DNA from: Candidatus Omnitrophota bacterium
Lineage (GTDB): Bacteria; Omnitrophota; Gorgyraeia; Gygaellales; Profunditerraquicolaceae
Assembly: GCA_026416665.1 (NCBI GenBank)
Contig: JAOAET010000055.1
Span: forward strand, 2,490-66,489
Reading direction: 5' to 3'
Length of the DNA stretch: 64,000 nucleotides
Below, piece by piece: positions 1 through 10,245 of the stretch. Within the stretch, counting starts at the first letter, position 1; every line of letters begins with the position of its first letter. The notes beneath the pieces were generated by a model. It worked only from the letters and a program-made list of their open reading frames with translations. It did no database searches and had not been told where the DNA came from. The position numbers and the translations under genes were made by a program.

Positions 1-481
1 AAGGGGTAGAAGCTCCTAGAATTCCAACAGTTGCTTTTTTTAACTCATTATTTTTCTCTTTGGCTTTTTTAAAAACAGCTTCTAAAGCTGACCACGCTGT
101 AAAGTTAATTCCAGCTGTTATAGGAATCTTTAAATGTTTATAGAAAAAATTTTTTTTCGCGATAAAAAACTGATGGATAACTCCTAAACTGAGTATATGT
201 GCACCTAAGTCAGTTGCTATGAAACTTGCATTAATTAATTCTTCACTTAAGAGTTCCTCCTCTATTTTTTGTGTTGTGTCTTGCCAATAATTAGATAAAA
301 TATAATAAATCTTTAACTGTTCACTTGTGTCTGAAGTAAAAATAAACGGAGAACTGACTAAGAACTTTTTATGGCTTAAAAATTTTGTTGAAAAAAATTG
401 AGTAATTATTTGATATAGTGATAAAACTTTTCTTATCTGTGCAAAATCAATAGGATGGAAAAAATAAACAACTGTTCGCAT
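1..481 (-). CDS. Partial CDS (runs off window start), acyl-ACP reductase / predicted amino-acid dehydrogenase (COG5322)-like Rossmann-fold protein
   Basis: Manual translation from ATG at 481: MRTVVYFFHPIDF...ATDLGAHILSLG...IPITAGINFTAWSALEAV...KATVGILGASTP. Resembles the FxxHP...PxTxGNxxT...ATVAxxGA pattern, with divergent motifs. Not in ORF track. Confidence 0.5.
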   Translation of the reverse strand, partial: MRTVVYFFHPIDFAQIRKVLSLYQIITQFFSTKFLSHKKFLVSSPFIFTSDTSEQLKIYYILSNYWQDTTQKIEEELLSEELINASFIATDLGAHILSLGVIHQFFIAKKNFFYKHLKIPITAGINFTAWSALEAVFKKAKEKNNELKKATVGILGASTP

Positions 482-494
482 ATTATTTTGGAAA

Positions 495-695
495 CTAAGA
501 GAGATTATTTGCAGTTGAGGTAGATAATTTCTGTTTGATCCAGCGGTCTATATATTTTTTGTGAAATCTCCAATCTGTTCCAATTTTAAAACCGGGTATT
601 ATTCCTTTACGAGCATAGCGGTGGACAGTTAAAGGATGAATATGTAAATACTCGGCTACTTCTTTAGTAGTTAAAATTTCTTTCTGTTTTTTCAT
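495..695 (-). CDS. Stand-alone Xis/BldC-like (HTH_17) DNA-binding protein
   Basis: ILTTKEVAEYLHIHPLTVHRYARKGIIPGFKIGTDWRF is the classic excisionase-family HTH signature; SD-like AGGA upstream. Confidence 0.9.
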   Translation of the reverse strand: MKKQKEILTTKEVAEYLHIHPLTVHRYARKGIIPGFKIGTDWRFHKKYIDRWIKQKLSTSTANNLS

Positions 696-731
696 TTTTT
701 CCTTTCTTTTAACATATCTAGCTTAACTTAG

Positions 732-760
732 ATTATATAAGTAAAATCAGATAGTGTCAA
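732..760 (-). promoter_or_regulatory. Perfect-consensus sigma70 promoter for the HTH_17 gene
   Basis: Minus strand TTGACA (760-755), 17 nt spacer, TATAAT (737-732). Confidence 0.8.
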
Positions 761-806
761 TTAACCAATAATCAAAGAAAGCGAAAAATATAAAAAGATA
801 TTAAAA

Positions 807-1547
807 TCAAGGAATTTGATAATACTTTGCAATACAGTAAAGACCTTTAACAGTTAGATTAGGATCAATAATCTTCGCTTCCTCAGATAGGCAAGATAAA
901 AATTTACTTTGTCCACCTGTTAAAACTACTTTGGAATTGCCGATTTCTTTTTTTATTTTTTTTATTAAGCCGTCAATAAGACAGGTATAGCCAATGACAA
1001 TACCTGATATTATGCTTTCTTGAGTAGATGTACCAATAATTCTTCTGGGCAATCTAAGTTTTACTTTCGGTAGCAAAGCGGTTTTCTCAGCTAAGGCTTG
1101 TAAGCTCATTTCTAAACCAGGTAAAATCATACCACCTAGATATTCCTTTCTTTTAGACACAACATCCAAAGTAATTGCAGTTCCAACATCTACAGTTATT
1201 ACGGGATAACCATAAAGTTGGCAGGCAGCAAAGGCATTTACTAAGCGATCCTGACCAACCTTATGTGGAGGGTGGTAAAGGTTCTTGATAGGCACAGAAA
1301 TATTTTTACCGCAGATTAAAACAGGCACATTCTTGAACTTCTTAAGTGATAAGGAAACTTTTGGGGTAACGTCGGGAACAACACTTGAAATAATCACACC
1401 TTTTATATCAATTTTTAATAGATATTTCTTAAATAATGCTGAGTAATTTTTGCTTTTGGTAGGAATATTGAAACGTTTTTTTAAGGTTGAACCACTAAAT
1501 AAAGCGCAAGTTATATTACTGTTTCCAATATCTACTGCAAATAACAT
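807..1547 (-). CDS. coaX: Type III pantothenate kinase
   Basis: [29 protein letters not shown] motifs. Confidence 0.95.
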   Translation of the reverse strand: MLFAVDIGNSNITCALFSGSTLKKRFNIPTKSKNYSALFKKYLLKIDIKGVIISSVVPDVTPKVSLSLKKFKNVPVLICGKNISVPIKNLYHPPHKVGQDRLVNAFAACQLYGYPVITVDVGTAITLDVVSKRKEYLGGMILPGLEMSLQALAEKTALLPKVKLRLPRRIIGTSTQESIISGIVIGYTCLIDGLIKKIKKEIGNSKVVLTGGQSKFLSCLSEEAKIIDPNLTVKGLYCIAKYYQIP

Positions 1548-3526
1548 GGCGATTTATTTTCTAATGCCTCTTTTAGTCTTTTGATCTCATCACGTATTTG
1601 AGCAGCTTTTTCAAACTGCAGATTACGGCTAGCTAAATCCATCTGATGTTCTAATTCTGCAATATAAGTTCGTAGTTGATATTTGTCTTTTTCTTCACCG
1701 GTTAACTGTTGTACAAATTTCTCTGTTTTATCCCATTGTTCAATACCATCTTTGATGGCTTTTTGTATAGACCGAGGAGTAATTTTATATTTCTTATTAA
1801 AAGCAATCTGTATAGTCCTTCTTCTTTTTGATTCTTCTAGCGCTTTCCGCATTGATTCAGTTACTGTATCTGCATACATAATTACTTTGCCATTGATATT
1901 GCGGGCAGCACGGCCAGCTACTTGAATAAGAGAAGTTGTCGAGCGTAAAAAACCCTCTTTATCTGCATCAAGAATGGCTACTAAAGATACTTCCGGTAAA
2001 TCAATGCCTTCTCTTAGTAAGTTTATTCCAACCAAACAGTCAAATTCTTTACTTCGTAGTTGCCGGATTATTTTTTCACGTTCAATTGTTTGAATTTCAG
2101 AGTGTAAATATTTTACTCTCAATCCTGCCTGTTGTAAATATTGACTTAAGTCCTCTGCCATGCGTTTGGTAAGAGTGGTAACAATTACCCGTTCATTCCT
2201 AGAGGCGCAGATTCTGATTTCCCTTACCAAATCTTCTATTTGATGGTTAGTGGGTTTAATAATAATCTCTGGATCGACTATTCCAGTTGGTCGCACAAGT
2301 TGTTCTACAATGAACCCTTTGCTTTTCTTTAATTCATATTCAGCTGGGGTTGCCGAAACAAAGATAGTCTGACCGATAAGTTTCTCGAATTCGTCAAAAC
2401 GTAATGGACGATTATCTAAACAAGAAGGTAGACGAAATCCATATTCAACTAAAACCTCTTTTCTTGATTTATCTGCTTCATACATACCCCTAAGTTGCGG
2501 AATGGTAACATGAGATTCATCTATAATTACAACAAAGTTTTTAGGAAAATAATCTATTAGACACCAGGGACGGCTCCCTGGTGGTCTTCCGGATAGGTGG
2601 CGAGAATAATTCTCAATTCCATGACAATAACCTAGCTGACGAAGCATTTCCATATCATAGCGTGTTCTTTGGTTAAGTCTTTGTGCCTCTAAGAATTTAT
2701 TTAGTTTTTTGAAATAATCAAGACGCTCTTGTAATTCCTCTTCTATAGATTTTAATGCCATAGCAATTTTATCAGAGGCAACTAGAAAATGCTTAGCAGG
2801 ATATATAGCAATCTTCTCAAGTAAGGTGATTTTATTTCCTGAGATAGGATCAAGGAAAAATATTTTTTCTATTGTATCAGCAAAAAATTCTATTCGGATG
2901 GCAGTTTCTTTATAAGCAGGGAAAATGTCAACAACATCTCCTCTTACCCGTATTTTTCCACGGTTAAAGTCATAGTCATTACGTTCGTATTGAATTGAGA
3001 TAAGCTTACTAATAAGTTCATCACGATCAATTTTTTGCCCTCTTTTTACATAAACGACCATCCCTTCATATTCTTCAGGGGAGCCAAGATTGTATATACA
3101 TGATACAGAGGCAACGATTAATACATCCTGCCGGCTCATCAATGAACTTGTAGCAGAAAGACGCAAGCGGTCAAGGCGATCATTAATAGAAGAATCTTTT
3201 TCAATATAAGTATCTGTTGCTGGTATATAAGCTTCGGGTTGATAATAGTCATAATAGGAGACAAAATATTCAATGGCATTTTCAGGGAAAAATTCCTTAA
3301 ATTCAGAGTAAAGTTGTGCTGCTAATGTTTTATTGTGGGAAATAACTAAAATAGGTCGGTTGATTTTTTCAATAACATTGGCAAGTGTAAAAGTTTTTCC
3401 AGAACCGGTTACTCCCAGAAGTGTTTGAAATTGTCTACCTGATTTAAGGTATTCAACCAACTTTTTTATTGCCTGCGGTTGATCCCCACAGGGTTTGAAT
3501 TTTGAAACAAGTTTAAATTTTTCCAC
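1532..3526 (-). CDS. uvrB: Excinuclease ABC subunit B
   Basis: [27 protein letters not shown]-terminal UVR domain; GTG start. Confidence 0.98.
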   Translation of the reverse strand: MEKFKLVSKFKPCGDQPQAIKKLVEYLKSGRQFQTLLGVTGSGKTFTLANVIEKINRPILVISHNKTLAAQLYSEFKEFFPENAIEYFVSYYDYYQPEAYIPATDTYIEKDSSINDRLDRLRLSATSSLMSRQDVLIVASVSCIYNLGSPEEYEGMVVYVKRGQKIDRDELISKLISIQYERNDYDFNRGKIRVRGDVVDIFPAYKETAIRIEFFADTIEKIFFLDPISGNKITLLEKIAIYPAKHFLVASDKIAMALKSIEEELQERLDYFKKLNKFLEAQRLNQRTRYDMEMLRQLGYCHGIENYSRHLSGRPPGSRPWCLIDYFPKNFVVIIDESHVTIPQLRGMYEADKSRKEVLVEYGFRLPSCLDNRPLRFDEFEKLIGQTIFVSATPAEYELKKSKGFIVEQLVRPTGIVDPEIIIKPTNHQIEDLVREIRICASRNERVIVTTLTKRMAEDLSQYLQQAGLRVKYLHSEIQTIEREKIIRQLRSKEFDCLVGINLLREGIDLPEVSLVAILDADKEGFLRSTTSLIQVAGRAARNINGKVIMYADTVTESMRKALEESKRRRTIQIAFNKKYKITPRSIQKAIKDGIEQWDKTEKFVQQLTGEEKDKYQLRTYIAELEHQMDLASRNLQFEKAAQIRDEIKRLKEALENKSPCYLQ

Positions 3527-3581
3527 AGTAATTAAGCCTTGGAAATAAAAGATTAGTGTCTATGAGAAAAGTATTTAGATT

Positions 3582-4469
3582 CTATCCAACGATATCCATC
3601 CCAATATCTATAGATTTAACAGAGTGGGTAAGTTCGCCAATAGAGATAATATCCACACCTGTTTCTGCAACTTGACGAACATTTTTTAAAGTAATTCCAC
3701 CCGACGCCTCAAGAAGCGTTTTAGGATGGTGGGATTTAGAGAAGTCAATACTATCACGGATTTTTACCGCTTCTTTTATATCTTCAATCGACATGTTATC
3801 TAACATAATGATATCGGGTTTAAATTTCAATGCATGCTTAAACTGCTCTAGGTTTTCCACTTCAATCTCAATCTTAAAGCCTTTAGGAACACTAGGAAGC
3901 TTCTGAATCCCTTGAGCGATTTGAATATGGCTGTCTTTAATGAGTATCATTTCATCGAGGCTAATTCTGTGGTTGACTCCATCGCCTATTCTTACTGCGT
4001 ATTTCTGAAGTTCCCTTAAACCAGGCATTGTTTTACGAGTATCGGTTATTTTTACTTTAAGAGGTTCTATTGCATCTACATACTCTCTTGTTTTAGTGGC
4101 AATACCTGAGAGCATACCGAGAAAATTTAATGCTACACGTTCAGCATGTAAGATATGTCGTGCATTACCTGTGACTTCAGAAATTACAGCATTGGGTTTA
4201 AGACGTTGACCCTCTTTTGCTTTTTCAATGAAGTTAATATTTTTATCCACCAGTTCAAATACTCTCTTTGCAATAGGAATACCACAGACTACACAATCTT
4301 GTTTTGTGATAATCTTAGCATGCGTTATTTTATTTTCGGGAATAGTTAGTTGGGTTGTGATGTCGCCACGACCGATATCCTCAATAAGGGCATGTCGGAT
4401 AATCGCATCAACATTGTTCCAGTTTAATTCTAGCTTTTTGTTAGTTATTGATTGTTTAATTGAGTGCAT
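3582..4469 (-). CDS. nadC: Nicotinate-nucleotide diphosphorylase (quinolinate phosphoribosyltransferase)
   Basis: EDIGRGDITT, TRKTMPGLR, IMLDNM, EASGGIT. Confidence 0.97.
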   Translation of the reverse strand: MHSIKQSITNKKLELNWNNVDAIIRHALIEDIGRGDITTQLTIPENKITHAKIITKQDCVVCGIPIAKRVFELVDKNINFIEKAKEGQRLKPNAVISEVTGNARHILHAERVALNFLGMLSGIATKTREYVDAIEPLKVKITDTRKTMPGLRELQKYAVRIGDGVNHRISLDEMILIKDSHIQIAQGIQKLPSVPKGFKIEIEVENLEQFKHALKFKPDIIMLDNMSIEDIKEAVKIRDSIDFSKSHHPKTLLEASGGITLKNVRQVAETGVDIISIGELTHSVKSIDIGMDIVG

Positions 4470-7179
4470 TTCTAACCGCCTTTAGTTTAAGAATAATTTG
4501 TTGAAGTTCATTTAACCTGTTTTTTTCCTTTTCTACAACCTCTTTTGGAGCTTTAGCTATAAAATCCTTATTTTCTAACATTCGCTTTTTTTGTTCTATT
4601 TCTTTTTCAACTTTATTTATTCTTTCTTCTAATTTCTTCTTTTCTTTTTCAACATCTACTAAACCTTTCAATGGGATGACTACATGAATTGTTTTAATGA
4701 TATTGGTCATTGTATAATCTTGATGTTTATAATTAAGTAAAATTTTAAGGTCCTTTATTTTTGCCAGACGTTTAAGTTGCAGAGAGAGTGATTCGAAAAA
4801 CATAGCTTGTTGTTTTGTTTCAGCATAAATAACTAATGGTATTTCAGTCTGTGGTAAGATTCCAATCTCAGCACGCATTGTTCTAATACCTGCAACAACT
4901 TCAAAGAACGTTGACATTGTTTCATCTAATTTTTTATCAATGAATTTCTCATCGGCTTGGGGCCATTTTTCTAGTATTAGAAATTTATCAGATTGGTTTA
5001 GTTTATGCCAAATTTCTTCGGTGATAAATGGCATAAAAGGATGCAACAACCGTAGAAATTGTTCCAATACACAAAATAATGTTTTTTGGTTTTGTGTATT
5101 TTTTATATCTGGTTTTATCATCTCTAAATACCAGTCACAGAACTCATGCCAGAAAAACTGATAAAGTTTATTTAGTGCGTCGTTAAAACGATATACATCA
5201 AGATTTTTAGTTACCTGTTTTATAGTTAAGTTTAATCTGCTTAAAATCCAACGATTAATAATATCTAGGTTTTCTTTATTATAAGCAGATATTTGTTCTT
5301 TATCGTTTAAATAAAAATTAAGTAAACAGAATCTTGCAGCATTCCAAATTTTGTTAGCGAAGTTTCTGCCTTGTTCAAAACGTTCTTTTGATAAATAGAC
5401 ATCCTGACCTTGAGCTGTAATCATAATCAAGCTTGCGCGTAAGGCATCTGCACCGTATTGTGCAATAATTTCTAAAGGGTCAATAATATTGCCTAGGGAT
5501 TTAGACATTTTCTTGCCTTCAATATCCCTGACAGTGCCGTGTATATATACGTCACGAAAAGGAATATCTTTAATAAATTCAAAACCGGCCATAATCATCC
5601 GTGCAACCCAAAAGAAAATAATTTCCTGAGCAGTGACTAAAACTGAAGTTGGATAAAAATATCTAAGTTCCTGTTGTTTTTTCTTTGTTTCTTCATTCTG
5701 ATAAGAAAATGGCCAGCCGAAGGTAGCAAACGGCCACAACCAGGATGAAAACCAGGTGTCTAGTACGTCTTCTTCTTGAAAGATATCTTTTGACCCACAG
5801 ACAGGACAACTGTCAGGTTTTTCTTTTGAGACAATCAAAGGACAATTTGAAATTTCCTTATCGATAGGTTTTCTTTCAGCTTCCGCAGATTGACAAGCAC
5901 GACAATAATAGACTGGAATACGATGCCCCCACCAGATCTGTCTTGATATACACCAGTCTTGTATATTTTCCATCCAATTAAGATATACTTTTTTCCAACG
6001 AGCAGGATAAAACTTTATTTTACCATCTTTTACCGCTTTAATAGCTGGTTCTGCTAATGGTCGCATTTTCACGAACCATTGTTTGGAAAGGTATGGTTCG
6101 ATGATGGTATGGCACCGATAGCAGTGGCCTACAGAGATAGTATAAGGTTCTATCTTTTCTAAAAGCCCTTTTTTCTTTAACTCCTCTACAATTACTTGTC
6201 GGGCTTCAAAACGGTCCATATTATAAAAGTGACCTGCTTGTTCATTCATTCTGCCATCAGGATTCATTACACAATTAAAATCTAGTTTATGCTTTTTAGC
6301 TATAATATAGTCATTAGGGTCATGGGCAGGGGTAATCTTTACAGCGCCTGTTCCGAATTTTTTGTCAATTGATTGGTCTGCGATAATTTTTATTGTTCTA
6401 TTAACCAGAGGTAAAAGTAGTTTTTTCCCAATTATACTTTTGTAACGTTTGTCAGAAGGGTTAACTGCAACAGCGCTGTCACCAAGCATTGTCTCTGGAC
6501 GTGTTGTAGCTACCACAATAAATTTTTCTGGATTATCTACAAAAGGATAGCGAAGATAATATAAATACCCTTCTATTTGCTGATGAGGTGCTTCTTCATC
6601 CGCTAAAGCTGTCTGACAGCGTGGACACCAATTAATGATATAATTCCCCTGATAGATAAGACCTTTATTATATAAGCGAACAAAAACTTCCTTAACAGCA
6701 TCTGAATATTCATCATCCATAGTAAAACGAAGACGTTGCCAATCACAGCTTGCACCCAAGGTTTTGAGTTGCCGGATAATAGTTGAGCCATACTGTTCTT
6801 TCCATTGCCAGACGCGTTCTAAGAATTTTTCTCTTCCCAAATCCTGACGTCTTAATCCTTCTTTAGCAATAGCTTTTTCTACTACATTTTGGGTAGCAAT
6901 ACCTGCATGGTCGGTTCCCGGCATCCAAAGAGTCTCTTCTTGTTTCATTTTGTGGTAGCGTATAAGTATATCTTGAATAGTATTATTTAAGGCATGTCCC
7001 ATATGTAGAATGCCAGTAACGTTAGGAGGGGGTATGACAATGCAAAAAGGTTTTTTGTTGGGGTTATATCTTGCAGAAAAAAGATGGTTTTCTTCCCAAA
7101 GTTTATACCAGCGCTGTTCCACTTCTTTGGGATTATATGCTTTTGCTAAGTCAACTGTAGAATTATTACGCTCTAACAT
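4456..7179 (-). CDS. valS: Valine--tRNA ligase
   Basis: PPPNVTGILHMGH, DWCISRQIWWGH, KMSKS, C-terminal coiled coil. Confidence 0.98.
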   Translation of the reverse strand: MLERNNSTVDLAKAYNPKEVEQRWYKLWEENHLFSARYNPNKKPFCIVIPPPNVTGILHMGHALNNTIQDILIRYHKMKQEETLWMPGTDHAGIATQNVVEKAIAKEGLRRQDLGREKFLERVWQWKEQYGSTIIRQLKTLGASCDWQRLRFTMDDEYSDAVKEVFVRLYNKGLIYQGNYIINWCPRCQTALADEEAPHQQIEGYLYYLRYPFVDNPEKFIVVATTRPETMLGDSAVAVNPSDKRYKSIIGKKLLLPLVNRTIKIIADQSIDKKFGTGAVKITPAHDPNDYIIAKKHKLDFNCVMNPDGRMNEQAGHFYNMDRFEARQVIVEELKKKGLLEKIEPYTISVGHCYRCHTIIEPYLSKQWFVKMRPLAEPAIKAVKDGKIKFYPARWKKVYLNWMENIQDWCISRQIWWGHRIPVYYCRACQSAEAERKPIDKEISNCPLIVSKEKPDSCPVCGSKDIFQEEDVLDTWFSSWLWPFATFGWPFSYQNEETKKKQQELRYFYPTSVLVTAQEIIFFWVARMIMAGFEFIKDIPFRDVYIHGTVRDIEGKKMSKSLGNIIDPLEIIAQYGADALRASLIMITAQGQDVYLSKERFEQGRNFANKIWNAARFCLLNFYLNDKEQISAYNKENLDIINRWILSRLNLTIKQVTKNLDVYRFNDALNKLYQFFWHEFCDWYLEMIKPDIKNTQNQKTLFCVLEQFLRLLHPFMPFITEEIWHKLNQSDKFLILEKWPQADEKFIDKKLDETMSTFFEVVAGIRTMRAEIGILPQTEIPLVIYAETKQQAMFFESLSLQLKRLAKIKDLKILLNYKHQDYTMTNIIKTIHVVIPLKGLVDVEKEKKKLEERINKVEKEIEQKKRMLENKDFIAKAPKEVVEKEKNRLNELQQIILKLKAVRNALN

Positions 7180-7370
7180 ACGTAGGTGCCATTCTGAGTT
7201 ATAGGTTTTTCATAATATTCGCAAGTGTAATTCTTTTCGGTAAGCACACCAAGTTGTTCTGCTAACTTATCAGCCAGTTTAAGGCATCCACTTCCCTTTA
7301 TCCCTTTTACTTGCAGTTTTACCTCTCCTTCTTCGGAAATAAATAGTTCTATCTCATGTTTCTGTGCCAT
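7173..7370 (-). CDS. DUF2997 family small protein
   Basis: IELFISEEGEVKLQVKGIKGSGC...LG...TCEYY pattern; adjacent to DUF1257 and Ycf46-type AAA genes. Confidence 0.8.
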   Translation of the reverse strand: MAQKHEIELFISEEGEVKLQVKGIKGSGCLKLADKLAEQLGVLTEKNYTCEYYEKPITQNGTYVC

Positions 7371-7387
7371 TTTAGTCCCTTTTTATT

Positions 7388-7777
7388 CTAAGTCCATTTA
7401 CGAGCAACTAAACGAATGGTATTATACGCTATTTTTTCTTCTTCTGCAATAATATAACCTTGCTTTTTTAACTCTTCAACCACAGTAATATAAGCATACT
7501 TCTGACGGATTTGTTTGATAAAATCATCTTGTTTTTTTAATTGTTCACTATTAAGTCCATGAGAATCCGCAATGATTTGATATTCTCCTTTTTCATTCTT
7601 TTGGAATCCTATAGCCCTACCATTGTCATCGTAAGTAACAAACTCAACAGAGTAAATTCTGCCATCAGTGGTAGCCATACTTTTTATTTGTCTATATTCT
7701 CTACCTAACGCAATAAGTGATTGAATAAGTATAACCGCAAGTCGTATTTGAATTCCTATTCCAAAATGTCCCGACAT
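7388..7777 (-). CDS. DUF1257 (Ycf35-like) protein
   Basis: MSGHF N-terminus, IGF..NEKGEYQIIAD, IRQKYAY...GY...IRLVARKW C-terminus. Confidence 0.75.
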   Translation of the reverse strand: MSGHFGIGIQIRLAVILIQSLIALGREYRQIKSMATTDGRIYSVEFVTYDDNGRAIGFQKNEKGEYQIIADSHGLNSEQLKKQDDFIKQIRQKYAYITVVEELKKQGYIIAEEEKIAYNTIRLVARKWT

Positions 7778-7789
7778 AAATTACCTGTT

Positions 7790-8494
7790 TTACTGTGTTA
7801 AATATAAACAGCTACGCACTTGAATAGCTATCCAAAAAAGTAGAGTAACAAGTCCTAAAACACGTAAAATAATCTGGAGTTTTATTTTTCTAATTTCTCT
7901 TTCCTGCTTTTGTCGTTGGTTTTCAATTTTTTCATTGTGTTGGCTTAACCAGTCATTAATTAACTCTTCGCTATAGCCTTCTCTTCTTATACGTTGCATA
8001 AGTTGTTTAATTGGCTCTGGAAGATTTTTATCAGTAGATTTATATATAACACCATCAATCTTTAGGGTAATAATATTTTCTTCAGCTGGTTTTACTTCAC
8101 TTGCGCCGTATAGATTAAAGTCACGACCACATACCCAACAATTTCTTCTTTCTTTTAGGTTAATTGCTCCACAGATACATCTTTTTAAAAGATCCTCCTG
8201 TCCGGTATAATCAGCAATATATTCCGAGTATATTTTACGATGGCAGTTCTGACAGGTTAAGGCGTTTTGACTGTTTTTTTCACCACAGAATGGGCAAGAA
8301 ATGAATCTTTGTTCTTGTTGTCCTGATTTTTCTAATGGACAGACCTTGTCCAGAAGACAGAATTCAACTATATGTTCATTTACTTCTAACCGTTCAAATC
8401 TTCTGTTTAATACAGATTTTTCTAAACAGGAAAAATCTTTTGGGGGACATGATTTGTTTTCAAGCCGTTCAAATCTCTTTAAAGATCTTCTCAT
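7790..8494 (-). CDS. Double zinc-ribbon protein with C-terminal transmembrane helix
   Basis: CPFC..CQNC and CIC..CWVC pairs; charged helical region followed by hydrophobic IILRVLGLVTLLFWIAI. Confidence 0.7.
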   Translation of the reverse strand: MRRSLKRFERLENKSCPPKDFSCLEKSVLNRRFERLEVNEHIVEFCLLDKVCPLEKSGQQEQRFISCPFCGEKNSQNALTCQNCHRKIYSEYIADYTGQEDLLKRCICGAINLKERRNCWVCGRDFNLYGASEVKPAEENIITLKIDGVIYKSTDKNLPEPIKQLMQRIRREGYSEELINDWLSQHNEKIENQRQKQEREIRKIKLQIILRVLGLVTLLFWIAIQVRSCLYLTQ

Positions 8495-8500
8495 AAAAAA

Positions 8501-10045
8501 TTATAATTCTAATTTCCTCTCTTTACGAACTAATGCTGGCGGAGTAGTAGAACTTGCTGGACGTGCGCGGTCATGTGCCCATAAACGCAGCTTTTCTATT
8601 TCTTCTCTCATTGTTACGGATAAAGGCACACTTAGTTTTATGTTTTTAAGAATGTCTACAGTAGAAAGTTGACGTTCTTGTATAAAGGCATCGTAGAGCC
8701 CTGAGATTATTGCTTGTTCAATCTCTGCTCCACTAAAGCCAGCGGATTCTTCAGCAAGAAGTGGTATATCAAATTGTAAAGGGTCACGATTTCTTTTTCT
8801 TAGATGGATCTGAAATATCTGTTTACGTTCTTCAATGGATGGTAGATCTACAAAGAATATATCATCAAATCTACCTTTTCTTAGTAATTCAGGAGGTAAT
8901 AGAGAAACGGTGTTGGCAGTGGCTATAACAAACACTGGTGAGGTTTTTTCTTGTAACCACGTTAAAAAAGTACTAAATACTCTTGCGGAGGTTCCTGCAT
9001 CAGAAAAAGTGGAGCTTTGTATACCAGAAAGGCCTTTTTCTATCTCATCAATCCACAACACAATTGGTGCAAGTTGTTCAGCTGTTTTAATAGCACGCCT
9101 CATATTTTCTTCTGAAGAACCAACAATTCCAGAAAAAATAGCTCCAATATCTAATCTCAACAAAGGCAATTTCCAGAGACCAGCAACTGATTTTGCAGTT
9201 AGACTTTTACCACAGCCTTGAATCCCAATCAAAAGAAGTCCTTTAGGTTGAGGGATACCAAACTCCTCTGCTTTTTTACTAAAAGATAAACCTCTTTTAA
9301 TTAACCATTCTTTTAAGATATCCAGACCACCAATATTAGAAAATTCCTCTTGTGCTTCATAATACTCTAGAAACTTTGTCTTTCTAATTGCTTGTTTCTT
9401 TTCCTGCAAGATTCTGGGGATGTCCTTTTCACTTAAGGATTTGTCTTCTACGATTGAACGGGCAAAGGCATTTTCTACTTCTTGACGGGTAAGACCAAGT
9501 GCCGCCTTAATAAGTTTTTCCTTAGTTGTGTCATCCAACAAAATTTGAATATCTTGGTTTTTAGATAAAACGGTAATAATACCATTTAATAAATCCGCTA
9601 TCTCTTGGTAATCTGGTAAATCATAATCAATTACTACCAGGTCTTTTTCTAATTCAATAGGAACTGTTAATACCGGTGAAAGCATTATTAAAGTCTCATA
9701 GGTATTCTTAAGGTTTATTACAAGGTCTCGCAGTTTACGGATAATAGTATGGTCACCGAGAAAAGGATGAAAATCAAGTAAAACAATTAATGCCGGATCA
9801 GTCATTCTTTCGATATAACAAAGTGCGTTAAAAGGGTCTCTTGTGGCTTCATCGATTTTTGAAGGGTCATCTTCCAAACTGTGGATTCCTCTACAGATGG
9901 ACCACAAGAGTAACTTCTTTCTTCTTTCTTGAGACATTTCCTTTAATCTTTCCAATACCCGCATTTCTTCCCAGCTTACAATATAGATTAAAGGGTATCT
10001 AGAACGTATTAAAATATCAATTTCTTTATCATTCTTTAACGACAT
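8501..10045 (-). CDS. Ycf46-family AAA+ ATPase (degenerate N-terminal AAA, active C-terminal AAA)
   Basis: RSRYPLIYIVSWEE N-terminus, GIQGCGKS Walker A, LWIDEIEK Walker B, LLRKGRFD. Confidence 0.9.
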   Translation of the reverse strand: MSLKNDKEIDILIRSRYPLIYIVSWEEMRVLERLKEMSQERRKKLLLWSICRGIHSLEDDPSKIDEATRDPFNALCYIERMTDPALIVLLDFHPFLGDHTIIRKLRDLVINLKNTYETLIMLSPVLTVPIELEKDLVVIDYDLPDYQEIADLLNGIITVLSKNQDIQILLDDTTKEKLIKAALGLTRQEVENAFARSIVEDKSLSEKDIPRILQEKKQAIRKTKFLEYYEAQEEFSNIGGLDILKEWLIKRGLSFSKKAEEFGIPQPKGLLLIGIQGCGKSLTAKSVAGLWKLPLLRLDIGAIFSGIVGSSEENMRRAIKTAEQLAPIVLWIDEIEKGLSGIQSSTFSDAGTSARVFSTFLTWLQEKTSPVFVIATANTVSLLPPELLRKGRFDDIFFVDLPSIEERKQIFQIHLRKRNRDPLQFDIPLLAEESAGFSGAEIEQAIISGLYDAFIQERQLSTVDILKNIKLSVPLSVTMREEIEKLRLWAHDRARPASSTTPPALVRKERKLEL

Positions 10046-10059
10046 AGAATTTCTTTATT

Positions 10060-10245
10060 TTAACCGCAATATAAAGAAAGTTTATTTTTCTCATTAATGC
10101 CAATTTTTCTAAGAAGGTCATAAATTTTACTGTTGGTATTTTCAATAAGTAAATTTCCCGATGGTTCAATATAAATTTCTATATAGTGGCTGTATTTAGA
10201 GTTGTTCTTAGAATAACTATTTTGGTTGGCTTTTCTTTTTTTCAT
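10060..10245 (-). CDS. Small hypothetical protein heading the AAA module (likely start ATG 10245)
   Basis: 61-aa ORF filling the cimA-AAA gap; IEIYIEPSGNLLIE resembles the DUF2997 N-terminal hairpin; ends YCG. Confidence 0.55.
   Translation of the reverse strand: MKKRKANQNSYSKNNSKYSHYIEIYIEPSGNLLIENTNSKIYDLLRKIGINEKNKLSLYCG

Noticed and set aside
495-695. Excisionase of a prophage or integrative element
   Set aside because: No integrase, att-like repeat or phage genes in the window; flanked by ordinary chromosomal genes
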